28,438 nt of DNA. Source: a bacterium (GTDB taxonomy: Bacteria > Zhuqueibacterota > Zhuqueibacteria > Oceanimicrobiales > Oceanimicrobiaceae). Of this stretch, positions 16,104 through 24,668 are shown one piece after another (the stretch's first letter is position 1; each line of letters starts with the position of its first letter). The stretch is from the NCBI GenBank assembly GCA_037446635.1, contig JBBIIG010000053.1, forward strand, positions 1 to 28,438. The letters run 5' to 3'. Below the pieces are notes generated by a model that had not been told where the DNA came from, did no database searches, and worked only from the letters and a program-made list of their open reading frames with translations. The position numbers and the translations under genes were made by a program.

Positions 16104-19100
16104 CTACTTAATCAACACTACCGATTTCATCACGTCCTTTGAGTCGGAGGGATCTTCAAGAATGAAGCGCACGAGGTAGCGGCCGTTGCGGGCGAGGACG
16201 CCGTCGTCGGCGCGGCCGTCCCAGTAAATGGTGGCGGGCCCGCGGGGAAACGGTGTTTGATCGTGCAGAAGGCGCACCAGGTTGCCCTCCAGGTTATAAA
16301 TTTTAACTGAGAGCAGCGGATTGGGCGCCACGTTGGAGGAAAGGTCAAATTGAATTTTCAAACCGGGCCGGCCATCGATTTCTTGAAACGGCGAAAACGG
16401 GTTGGGTTGCAAAGTCAAGTTGGCGATGGCCAGCGCACCGGCGCGCGCCAGCGCCGTGTATTCGCCGGCGGTAGTGATGTTCGCCTCCACGCGATTGTTT
16501 GGGTTGATAAACGAGGGCAGCACCGGCGTCCATTTATTTGCCACTACGTCCCAGCGGCCGATGAAGCGCTCCAAATCATTCGAGTTGGGCGGCGACGGCA
16601 AGATCAATTTCACCGGCCGATTGAAGTCAGCGGCTTTGATCACATAAGACGAATCGACGCTGAAGAGCTCGGCGCGGCCGCGTTTCGCCGGCGCCATCGC
16701 TTCCTTTGCAACCAGCAGCCGCTGCGGGCTGGTCACGGCGCTGCGGCCAACCATGAGCTGCAGCCCGCGATCGTTGAAGAAAATCGTGTTGGTGGTGGAA
16801 TCAATGGCGGCGAAGATGCGCACCAGCAGCGAGCCGCTGCGCCGGCTCACAGGATCGGCAGCGGTGACGGTGACATCGCCAAAAAAAGTAGGGTTGATTT
16901 GCAAGCGCCCGCTGGTATCGATGACGGCGGCGCGCGGCGAAACATCGAGTTTCCAGATGGGATGGCCGATGTTCACGGGGCGATTGTTGGGATCGACGGC
17001 GTTGGCGGTGAAACGAACGGTATCGGTGTTGGCGATTTCCGGGTCCGGCGATTGATCCGCCCGCGAGATGGTGATGGCCTGCACCGTTTGCGCCTCCAGG
17101 GCGAAATCGATCCCCAGCACCGTGTCCACTTCGGCGACTTCCACTTGCTGCTCGCGCGGCTCGTTGCGATAATGGCTGAGCGCCGGCTGCACGATGTAAA
17201 AATCCGCGATCAGCCGCAGCAGGTACTCGCCATCGAGGTTGGTTGTTGCTGTGGTTTTGCGGCCCTCGGCCCCGACCGGCGTAGCCACCACCGGCACGTC
17301 GGCCATCGGCCTCCCTGCGGCCAAATCCAGGATGCGGCCGCGGACAAAACCGTAGCGCCGCAGCATGCCCAGCACCAGCGTGGTGTCCCCGGGCGCCACA
17401 TTGCTTTGCGTTTCGGTAAAAAAGCCGCTTTTGACGGCGGTAACATTGTAAAATCCCGTGGGCACGAGACCGGTAATGACAAATTGGCCATCGGAGTTGG
17501 AGAAGGCCTGCCGCCGGGCGCCGCTGGGGTTAGTGGCCTCAACTTTGGCGTTGGCAAGCGGCTCCGCAGTATCGCGATCGCGCACCCAGCCTTTGATGGC
17601 GCCGGTGCGGTTCACCAACAGAAAATCCACGCCGCTGGATTTAGCCGGCACGTTGGCGATGGGCGTGGGCGAAAAAAAACCTTCTTTGAAAGCAAAAATC
17701 GTGAAGGTGTGGCGAGGGATGACCGGCACATTGGAGATGGTGTAGCGACCGTCGGCGCCGGTGGTGGTGGAAAAAAATTCTTCCGGGTTCTCGGATACCG
17801 ATCCGCTTTGCGGAATGGAAAGCTCCGCGGAAACTGTCCCCCCCGGGATGCCCTCGTGGGTTTGCGAATCGCGGGCGGCGCCGCTGATGAAGCCGTCTGC
17901 AGGATAGAGGGTTAAGTTCAGCCCCACATGCTGCTGGCCGCCTAAAAATCGGTTGACGCGAATTCCATAAAATCCGGCTTGGGCGGCGATAATTTCTGAA
18001 ACGCCGGGTATAATTCTTTCGAGAGCGTATTCGCCGCTTTCAGTGGTGGTGTCCACCAGGGTCTGGTTGGGGTTGGTAAGGGTGACAACGGCCTGGGCCA
18101 TCGGTTGATTGAGCGTATCCACCACAACGCCGGTCACGCGCGCGAAATTATCCTGCAACGTAAAGTTGACGCCGCTCAGGGAATCGCCTTCGCTGATGAC
18201 CAGCGTGCGGCTGGCGGACAAAAATCCCAACTGGCTGGCGGTGATTCGAAAGATACCTTCGTTCAAACAGAGTTGATAATTGCCGCTGGCGTTGGTGAAA
18301 GTAGTGAAAACGGTGTCGCCGGCGGCGGACACCTGCGCACCCGGGATGGCGCGGCCGCCGCTGTCGGTCACGCGCCCGGTCACCACGCTTTGCAGCGCTT
18401 CCAAAACGATGTCGAGCTCCTCGGTCACACCCGCTACTAAATTCACCGCCTCTATTTTCGAGAAATGGCAATCTTTGCGCACCGAGAGGGTGTACTCTCC
18501 CGGCGGAATGGTAAATTCAAAGCGGCCCTGGTTATTGGTAACGGCCTGCGCGTTCAATTCGAGAATTTCCACCAGCGCGCCGGCGACGGGTGAAAAGCCA
18601 TCTGTGACCTGGCCGCGAATCACGCCGGAGAGCGCTTTCAGAAAAAAATCCTGGCGCACGGTTTCGCCGGAGGCGGCGCTGACGGTGAACGGCCCGTTGC
18701 TGTCAAACCCGGAAAGAAAGGCGTCGATTTGCAGGGGAGTGTTCGGAGGCAAGCTTAAAAGATAATTGCCGCTGGCGTCGGTGAAAACGTGATTGGTGGT
18801 GTCTTCTAAGACGAAGACTTTCGCATTGGCGACCGGCGAGGCGGTTTCCAAATTGATCACCCGGCCTTCCACAAAACCCGCTTCGGCCAGGGTGAAATCT
18901 TCCACCAGTGTTTGCCCCGCCGCCATGACGATGCGTTTTCGACCTTCCAAAAAACCGGGGCGCGTGGCGATGAGGTCGTACTCGCCGGCCGGGAGGCCGA
19001 TGGCATAATCTCCCAAAGCATTGGAAAGCGCGTTCTGCGCGACGGCGCCGCTATCTTTGCGCAGGGCGCGGATCGTGGCGTCGGGCAAGCCATGATTTTG

Positions 19101-21062
19101 AAACAGGACGCGCCCGTAAACAATTCCTCCCTCCGCGAGTTGGAACGGCGCGGCCACTTGCCCGTTCTCCGTAAAATCGAACACATAATTGGGAGGGCTG
19201 GCCACAAAGCCTTGGGCATTCAACGAAATTCTCCAGGCGCCGGGACCCAAAGTGTAGGTGAAGCCGCCGGTGTTGCCGGTGGTGGTTTCAAACACCAGGC
19301 CGTTTTGCTCGGCGCGCACCAACGCCCCCTGCAGCGGCCGGCCGTCGGCGGCAAAAGTGACCTGCCCATTCACGCGGTTGGTAGCGGGTTGCAGAGTGAT
19401 CTGCCCTAAATTTTTGTTTTCATCGGCCGACAGGGTAAAGCTTTCAAACGGCGTCGCCACGAACCGATCTTTATAGACGCGGTACGACCAATTGCCGGGA
19501 TTGCGCGCGGCCGAGACGTAGCCGGCGGAGTTGCTGCGGGTGCTCTCCACAAGATCGCCCGCTTTAAATTCGATGACGGCGTCAAAAAGCGCGTTGCCGG
19601 TGTTATCGATGATCTGCGCTGAAACGCCGGTGGCGGCGCGGGCGATCTCAACGTTTACAAAAACGGTGTCGTTGTTGGGCACATTGAAGGTGGAACGGGC
19701 GGTGGTGATGAACCCCGGCCGCAGCGCGCGAAAGCTGTAGGCGCCAGCCGGCAGCGGCAGCTTCGCGAAGCCGAGGGTGTCGGTGAGGGTTGGCACCGGC
19801 ACCTCGGTCTCGGCGGCGGTTTTGATATCAAACGAAACCCGCGAGACCGGCCCCTCATCCGAATCGACGATGAACTTCACCCAGCCGGCGGCCCCGGCGT
19901 ATTCAAACGGACGGCGCTCGCTGGCGGAAACGCCGTTGGCGTTTTCGGCAACCACCCGCCAATGATAGCCGGCGCGCACCAATAAATTGCGCGTGGGCAA
20001 ACGGATTTCCGTGCCGGTGGCGACCTGACTCCAAAATGTGAAATCCACCTCGCTGCCGGATAAATCTCCCGTTAAATACAAAAACAAACGATAGCGGGTG
20101 GCGTCCGCGACCGGGCTCCATCTAAAAATGATTTCATCCGCGGAAATGAGGGCGTCGGCTGCGGGCTCCAGCAGCGTCGGACTTTGGGAGAGGGTTGGTC
20201 GGCTCACTTCAAAAAACGCCGGCGCCAGCGGCGCCACTTCGCCGGAGACCATGTCGGTGCTCGGGCCGTAGGCGTTCAGAACAATCCAATTGTAGCGGAT
20301 GCCGGTCAGCAGCGGCGGCACGTGGGCGTTGACGAAATTGCCGCTGGGATCGGGATCGCCGTATTTCACAAAATTGGCGGTGGTGATCACCTGCCAGGTC
20401 AAGTTGAGGCCGGTCACGCCGGTGATCTCACCTTCTTCGTTTCTTTCAATCGCAATCGGACCTTCGGAGAGAAAGAGAAAATAATATGGCACGCCGCTGA
20501 CGCGGTCCCACTGAAAGATGGGCGTGCCCTGCTGCAAATTGATTGATCCCAGCGGCGCTTTGGCGATGGGGGAGGCGTTCGCCTGCACGATGATGGTGAA
20601 CTCCACCGAGGTGGCGGCCGGATCGTTCTTTGAAACCAAAATGCAGTAGTAGAATCCGGTGCGGATGCCCTCCTGCGCCGGATTGAGCGCGATCTTTCCC
20701 GCGCCCTCGGCTTGGAAGCGGTTGGGATAATTCTCCACCACACGATTGCCGGGGCGAGTGGCGTAGCGCAAAATGCAGGGGACGTTCGGCGTCCATTCGA
20801 GATCGCTGATGTCTTTGGTATCGCCGTCTAAAAACATGCCGCGCGGGACTTTCGTCAACACGATTTCGGCGTCGAGATTTTCGCGGCTGCCCAAAATTTC
20901 CGTGTTAATTTGGGGAGATGGCAGTTTGAAAATGACGGGGTTTTTTTCTTGCGTAAAAATAAGCGCCGGCGCCAACCAGAAGATCGCGGTGCTGAAGACG
21001 CCAAGGAATTTTACCATCCGGTCCGGAATCGAATTTGGACGCGCAAGTTTTTGAGTGTTCAT
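16104..21062 (-). CDS. Giant secreted protein: FN3-like domains, about 11 carboxypeptidase-regulatory-like repeats, Ig-like and ZU5-like domains, FlgD/T9SS-type CTD
   Basis: Signal-like N-terminus; repeats of G.V.D...P...A.V...T...G.Y...PG.Y...GF about every 85 aa; C-terminal PNPFSP...VKIYNLEGNLVRLL...WDGR...NGRYL...KSVVLIK. No catalytic motif recognised. Confidence 0.85.
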   Translation of the reverse strand: MNTQKLARPNSIPDRMVKFLGVFSTAIFWLAPALIFTQEKNPVIFKLPSPQINTEILGSRENLDAEIVLTKVPRGMFLDGDTKDISDLEWTPNVPCILRYATRPGNRVVENYPNRFQAEGAGKIALNPAQEGIRTGFYYCILVSKNDPAATSVEFTIIVQANASPIAKAPLGSINLQQGTPIFQWDRVSGVPYYFLFLSEGPIAIERNEEGEITGVTGLNLTWQVITTANFVKYGDPDPSGNFVNAHVPPLLTGIRYNWIVLNAYGPSTDMVSGEVAPLAPAFFEVSRPTLSQSPTLLEPAADALISADEIIFRWSPVADATRYRLFLYLTGDLSGSEVDFTFWSQVATGTEIRLPTRNLLVRAGYHWRVVAENANGVSASERRPFEYAGAAGWVKFIVDSDEGPVSRVSFDIKTAAETEVPVPTLTDTLGFAKLPLPAGAYSFRALRPGFITTARSTFNVPNNDTVFVNVEIARAATGVSAQIIDNTGNALFDAVIEFKAGDLVESTRSNSAGYVSAARNPGNWSYRVYKDRFVATPFESFTLSADENKNLGQITLQPATNRVNGQVTFAADGRPLQGALVRAEQNGLVFETTTGNTGGFTYTLGPGAWRISLNAQGFVASPPNYVFDFTENGQVAAPFQLAEGGIVYGRVLFQNHGLPDATIRALRKDSGAVAQNALSNALGDYAIGLPAGEYDLIATRPGFLEGRKRIVMAAGQTLVEDFTLAEAGFVEGRVINLETASPVANAKVFVLEDTTNHVFTDASGNYLLSLPPNTPLQIDAFLSGFDSNGPFTVSAASGETVRQDFFLKALSGVIRGQVTDGFSPVAGALVEILELNAQAVTNNQGRFEFTIPPGEYTLSVRKDCHFSKIEAVNLVAGVTEELDIVLEALQSVVTGRVTDSGGRAIPGAQVSAAGDTVFTTFTNASGNYQLCLNEGIFRITASQLGFLSASRTLVISEGDSLSGVNFTLQDNFARVTGVVVDTLNQPMAQAVVTLTNPNQTLVDTTTESGEYALERIIPGVSEIIAAQAGFYGIRVNRFLGGQQHVGLNLTLYPADGFISGAARDSQTHEGIPGGTVSAELSIPQSGSVSENPEEFFSTTTGADGRYTISNVPVIPRHTFTIFAFKEGFFSPTPIANVPAKSSGVDFLLVNRTGAIKGWVRDRDTAEPLANAKVEATNPSGARRQAFSNSDGQFVITGLVPTGFYNVTAVKSGFFTETQSNVAPGDTTLVLGMLRRYGFVRGRILDLAAGRPMADVPVVATPVGAEGRKTTATTNLDGEYLLRLIADFYIVQPALSHYRNEPREQQVEVAEVDTVLGIDFALEAQTVQAITISRADQSPDPEIANTDTVRFTANAVDPNNRPVNIGHPIWKLDVSPRAAVIDTSGRLQINPTFFGDVTVTAADPVSRRSGSLLVRIFAAIDSTTNTIFFNDRGLQLMVGRSAVTSPQRLLVAKEAMAPAKRGRAELFSVDSSYVIKAADFNRPVKLILPSPPNSNDLERFIGRWDVVANKWTPVLPSFINPNNRVEANITTAGEYTALARAGALAIANLTLQPNPFSPFQEIDGRPGLKIQFDLSSNVAPNPLLSVKIYNLEGNLVRLLHDQTPFPRGPATIYWDGRADDGVLARNGRYLVRFILEDPSDSKDVMKSVVLIK

Positions 21063-22628
21063 TTAAAGTCGATAGGAGGTGGAAAAACGCAGAAACGATG
21101 AGTTATATAAATTGAGCACATAATCGAGGCGGAACTTGGGGCCCAATTTCACGCCCCCGCCCAACGAAAAAAACGGCAGAAAGCGGTTGTGGCGATCGGC
21201 GACTTCGGTTTTGGTGCGAAACTCAACCTGCTCGGTGCGAAAGGTTTCGCCGAACACCACCCCCAGTCCTAAAATCAGCGGCTCAACGCCGATGCCCAGG
21301 CGGATGGCGCTTTTGAGATCGATGCCCTGGTGAATTTCGCCGGCTTTGAGCGGCACGTTGAGGCTATCGAATTGATCGTAGCGCAGGCGATAGGCGAGGT
21401 GATCGAGATAGTTGATGTAAACCACGGAAGCGAGGTAGTGGTCCCAGCGCGCGGAAAACCCCAACGACAGCGAGCCGGGGAATTCAAAATCAATGCCCGG
21501 TACTTTGGTGATGCGCTTGACCGTTTTCGTCAAGTTGTCTTCGACCAGCACATCGACGTCGAACACCTCTTCATCGCCCTCGGCGCCGAGGTTGAGGGCG
21601 CGAATCGTGTTGTGAACCATGTTGAATGGCCCGCGCAAATCTATGGTTACCGGCAGCGTGAGCACGGCGTCGAGGCTGAGGTTGGGCTTCGGATGATACC
21701 CGATCCCCCAGCGAAAACGATGGCCGTTGCCCTCCCAATTGCCGCTGAGCACGGCGTAGAGGCTGTCGTATTGAATTCGCCGCGGATCGTTGAAGGCGCG
21801 AATGTCGTCGCCTTTGGAAATGATCCCTTCCGGGAGAAAGGTGCTTTCAAAATTGGACTCGGCGTTGATATTGTCGTACACCATGCCCAGCGCTAAGCTC
21901 GGCGACAGTTGCGTCCCGAGGCCGATGCTGGAGGTTTCAAAATTCAAGTTTAAATTAAAATTGCCGTTGACGGTTCCGAAGATGCGGTTGGTTTCCTTGC
22001 CGTCGTCGTCCAGAGCCACAGCTAAAAATTCAACGCCGGAGATATTGATTTGCGATTCAATTCGCAGCGGCTGATGAAACGCCGCGCCGAGGGCGAACCG
22101 TGAGTTGGCGTAAAGCAGCGCGCCGCCTTTCAGCCCACCGCGCATATCCAGCTCACTGTTGACATTGGCGCTGTCCACCGTGCCCGGCGCTACCACCCCG
22201 TTTGGAGAATTGTCTTTTGCCGCGTCCACCAGCGTCTCGTTGATGCGATCTTCAATGCCGAAAATGCCAGCGGGGTCGATAGTGAGCGGCGGCGCCCAAT
22301 CGAGGGAGATGTGAAAGCCGCGGGCAAACCCCAGCGCGGCGGGGTTGGAGGCGATCGCTTCCGGCCCCGGGTAAAGTGTGCTGATGCTTCCCCCCATAGC
22401 ATCAGCACGGGCGCCAAGTCCGGAAAAAAGACTACCCGACCATTTGAACTTCATGCCCAGGTTGCCGCCGTCCAAGCGGTCGATTCGGCTGTTTTGATCA
22501 TTGTTTTGCGAAAACGAAGTTGCAGGAAGAAAAAGAAAAAAGCAAAGGAGGAAAAGAATCACTGCTTTTGGTAAGGAGGAAGAAAAGCAATGTCGGAGGC
22601 TGCGATCCGACCTGAAATTTGAAACCAT
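21063..22628 (-). CDS. Large PorV/FadL-like outer-membrane protein
   Basis: Signal peptide ending SFS-Q; GLGARADAMGG...NPAAL hatch motif; strands FPGSLSLGFS, IRLGIG, FSLGGGVK; terminal strand LRFSTSYRL. Confidence 0.75.
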   Translation of the reverse strand: MVSNFRSDRSLRHCFSSSLPKAVILFLLCFFLFLPATSFSQNNDQNSRIDRLDGGNLGMKFKWSGSLFSGLGARADAMGGSISTLYPGPEAIASNPAALGFARGFHISLDWAPPLTIDPAGIFGIEDRINETLVDAAKDNSPNGVVAPGTVDSANVNSELDMRGGLKGGALLYANSRFALGAAFHQPLRIESQINISGVEFLAVALDDDGKETNRIFGTVNGNFNLNLNFETSSIGLGTQLSPSLALGMVYDNINAESNFESTFLPEGIISKGDDIRAFNDPRRIQYDSLYAVLSGNWEGNGHRFRWGIGYHPKPNLSLDAVLTLPVTIDLRGPFNMVHNTIRALNLGAEGDEEVFDVDVLVEDNLTKTVKRITKVPGIDFEFPGSLSLGFSARWDHYLASVVYINYLDHLAYRLRYDQFDSLNVPLKAGEIHQGIDLKSAIRLGIGVEPLILGLGVVFGETFRTEQVEFRTKTEVADRHNRFLPFFSLGGGVKLGPKFRLDYVLNLYNSSFLRFSTSYRL

Positions 22629-22738
22629 CCCTAGAACTATCCCCTTGCTCCATTATTCATCATTATTATTCACTTAGGCGATTTAGGGGTAAATTGGGGA
22701 AGCCGGTGCCGTCGCGCGATTGGATAAAATGTAGCGTG

Positions 22739-22767
22739 AATATATAGAATTGCATTTTGATTGTCAA
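22739..22767 (-). promoter_or_regulatory. Near-consensus sigma70 promoter of the barrel-giant protein-barrel operon
   Basis: Minus strand TTGACA (22767-22762), 17 nt, TATATT (22744-22739). Confidence 0.7.
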
Positions 22768-22807
22768 GAAAAAATGTTTGTTGCGAGGAGCCGCCAAGAA
22801 TTGGCGT

Positions 22808-22868
22808 TTAACCGCAAAGAACCAAACCATACAAAAAATGGTGTACTTAGCGAACTTTGCGGATTGCA
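22808..22868. repeat. CGCAAAG-family palindromic repeat, internally shortened
   Basis: TTAACCGCAAAGAAC...CTTAGCGAACTTTGCGGATTGCA, matching the ends of 11626-11717. Confidence 0.65.
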
Positions 22869-22888
22869 TTTGGTTGCTTCACTCTAAT

Positions 22889-23413
22889 TCACTTCGGTGG
22901 ATACTTTTCAAAAATTTTCGTGACCGACTCGTTGATCCGCTCCTCCGATTCCTCCATGCTGCCGATGACGCCGGTGGCGGCGCCGCGCCACACCAGTTGC
23001 TTTAATTGGGGATCCACAAAGTCGATGACCAGCGTTCCTTCTTTGTAGCGTTCAATGTAGGCGGTGCGGCCGTGAAATCGTCCGCGCCAATAGCCGTAGC
23101 CCACGGTGGACACATCCACCCGTTCGCGCACGGCCACGTGGTATGCCAGCAGCACATCGGGCGGGCCGGATTCGATGACGTCGTAGCCCTTGGCCTTCAA
23201 CTCGCGGTCCACGGCGCGTTTGATTCGTTTATCCAAAAGGGAATTTTCGCGCACTGCGCTGCGGCCGCCTTTTTCGGAGTGCGGCATCCACTTGAAGGTT
23301 TGGTACTTTTTGAAATCCACTTCGCGATCGTAATCGGTTTTGACGCTGATGGGGGAGCAGCCCACCAGTACGGTGGTCAAAATTAAACAGATTAAGAGAG
23401 AAAGGGTTTTCAT
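22889..23413 (-). CDS. DUF4136 domain lipoprotein
   Basis: GGAGG RBS at 23425-23421; lipobox LVG-C; VKTDYD...DFKKYQTFKW, YKEGTLVIDFVD...LVWRG, IFEKYPP. Confidence 0.9.
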   Translation of the reverse strand: MKTLSLLICLILTTVLVGCSPISVKTDYDREVDFKKYQTFKWMPHSEKGGRSAVRENSLLDKRIKRAVDRELKAKGYDVIESGPPDVLLAYHVAVRERVDVSTVGYGYWRGRFHGRTAYIERYKEGTLVIDFVDPQLKQLVWRGAATGVIGSMEESEERINESVTKIFEKYPPK

Positions 23414-23444
23414 CATCAGTCCTCCGACTATTTTCGATGGCTTC

Positions 23445-23472
23445 AATATAAGCGATTTGTAGAAATTTTCAA
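23445..23472 (-). promoter_or_regulatory. Putative promoter of the DUF4136 gene
   Basis: Minus strand TTGAAA, 16 nt, TATATT. Confidence 0.45.
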
Positions 23473-23501
23473 CAGTCAACAGAATCCAATTGGCGGAATC
23501 C

Positions 23502-23538
23502 AAGTTGAGACTCGTCTCTAAGATGAGTCTCAACTTAC
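23502..23538 (-). terminator. 16-bp hairpin (REP-like or terminator) just after the ABC permease stop
   Basis: AAGTTGAGACTCGTCT-CTA-AGATGAGTCTCAACTT with one mismatch; the minus strand begins GTAA. No clear U tract. Confidence 0.55.
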
Positions 23539-23539
23539 A

Positions 23540-24664
23540 TTAACTCACCCGCTTCTGAAATTTCAACGTGCTCAATCCCAAAATCACTACGCCAAAGCCA
23601 GCGAGGCAAAGAATTTCATTGATCAAATATTTCGCCGTGCTGCCCTTCAAAAAAATCTCCCGGGCGATGATCACAAAATAACGCAGCGGGTTGAGGTAGG
23701 TCAGTTTCTGCACCAAGGGTGGCATGTTGTCAATGGGGAAAAGAAAGCCGGACATGAACATCAAAAATATCATAAAAAACCAGGAAATGAACATCGCCTG
23801 CTGCTGAGTGTGCGCCAGCGTGGAAATGAAGATGCCAAGACCGAGCGTCGAAAGCAAATACAACGCCGCCAGCGCAAACAGCAGCACAATGCTGCCCGCC
23901 ACTTCGAGCCGAAAAACCATGAATGCGACACCCACCATCAAAGCCAGCGCAAAGAAACCGAGGATAAAAAACGGCAGCACTTTTCCCAAAATCAACTGGT
24001 AGGTTTTGATGGGCGTCACCATGAGCTGCTCCAGCGTGCCGATTTCCTTTTCGCGCACCAAACCCATCGATGAGAGAAACATCGTCACCACGGTCAGCAG
24101 CAGCGCAATCAAACCCGGCACCATGAAGTTCTTACTTTCGAGATCAAGATTGTACCATAAGCGCATCTGTGGCTCGACCACGGTTGCTATGCGTAGGTTG
24201 GCAGCGTAGGATGGGTCGCTGGCCGCCACCTCAATCGCATAATCCGCCAGCACCCCTTGCGCATAACCCATGGCGATACCCGCTGAGTTGCCGTCCAGCC
24301 CATCAACGATGACTTGAATTTTCGGGCGCAGGCGGCGTTCCAGATCCTTTGAAAAACCGTGCGGCATGATGATCGCCAATTGCGCTTGCCAGTCATCGAT
24401 GGCCTCGCGCAAATTACTTTGACCCTCGATGTACGCTGCCACCGAAAAATAACGGTTGTTCTCAAACTTGCGGCAAATTTCCCGGCTGACCGGTGTGCGG
24501 TCATAATCAACGATAACAGTCTTGACATTCTTTACATCGACGGTAAGCGCAAATCCCAGAATCGTCATCTGCACCACCGGCGCAAAAAAGGCAATGAACA
24601 GCATCGGCTTGTCGCGGAAAATCTGGCGAAATTCTTTTTGGATGAGGTAAAGAATCTGCTGCAT
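23540..24664 (-). CDS. ybhR: ABC-2 type exporter permease, YbhR-like
   Basis: KEFRQIFRD, WYNLDL, VREKEIGTLEQLMVTP, SGFLFPIDNMP, NPLRYF. Confidence 0.88.
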   Translation of the reverse strand: MQQILYLIQKEFRQIFRDKPMLFIAFFAPVVQMTILGFALTVDVKNVKTVIVDYDRTPVSREICRKFENNRYFSVAAYIEGQSNLREAIDDWQAQLAIIMPHGFSKDLERRLRPKIQVIVDGLDGNSAGIAMGYAQGVLADYAIEVAASDPSYAANLRIATVVEPQMRLWYNLDLESKNFMVPGLIALLLTVVTMFLSSMGLVREKEIGTLEQLMVTPIKTYQLILGKVLPFFILGFFALALMVGVAFMVFRLEVAGSIVLLFALAALYLLSTLGLGIFISTLAHTQQQAMFISWFFMIFLMFMSGFLFPIDNMPPLVQKLTYLNPLRYFVIIAREIFLKGSTAKYLINEILCLAGFGVVILGLSTLKFQKRVS

Positions 24665-24668
24665 TGGT

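Noticed and set aside
16350..17915. 521-aa plus-strand ORF
   Set aside because: Antisense shadow of the giant gene with no recognisable motifs; expected in GC-rich coding DNA.
23414..23533. N-terminal extension of the DUF4136 ORF in the track
   Set aside because: Crosses a hairpin and a promoter; the RBS and lipoprotein signal point to a start at 23413 or 23416.
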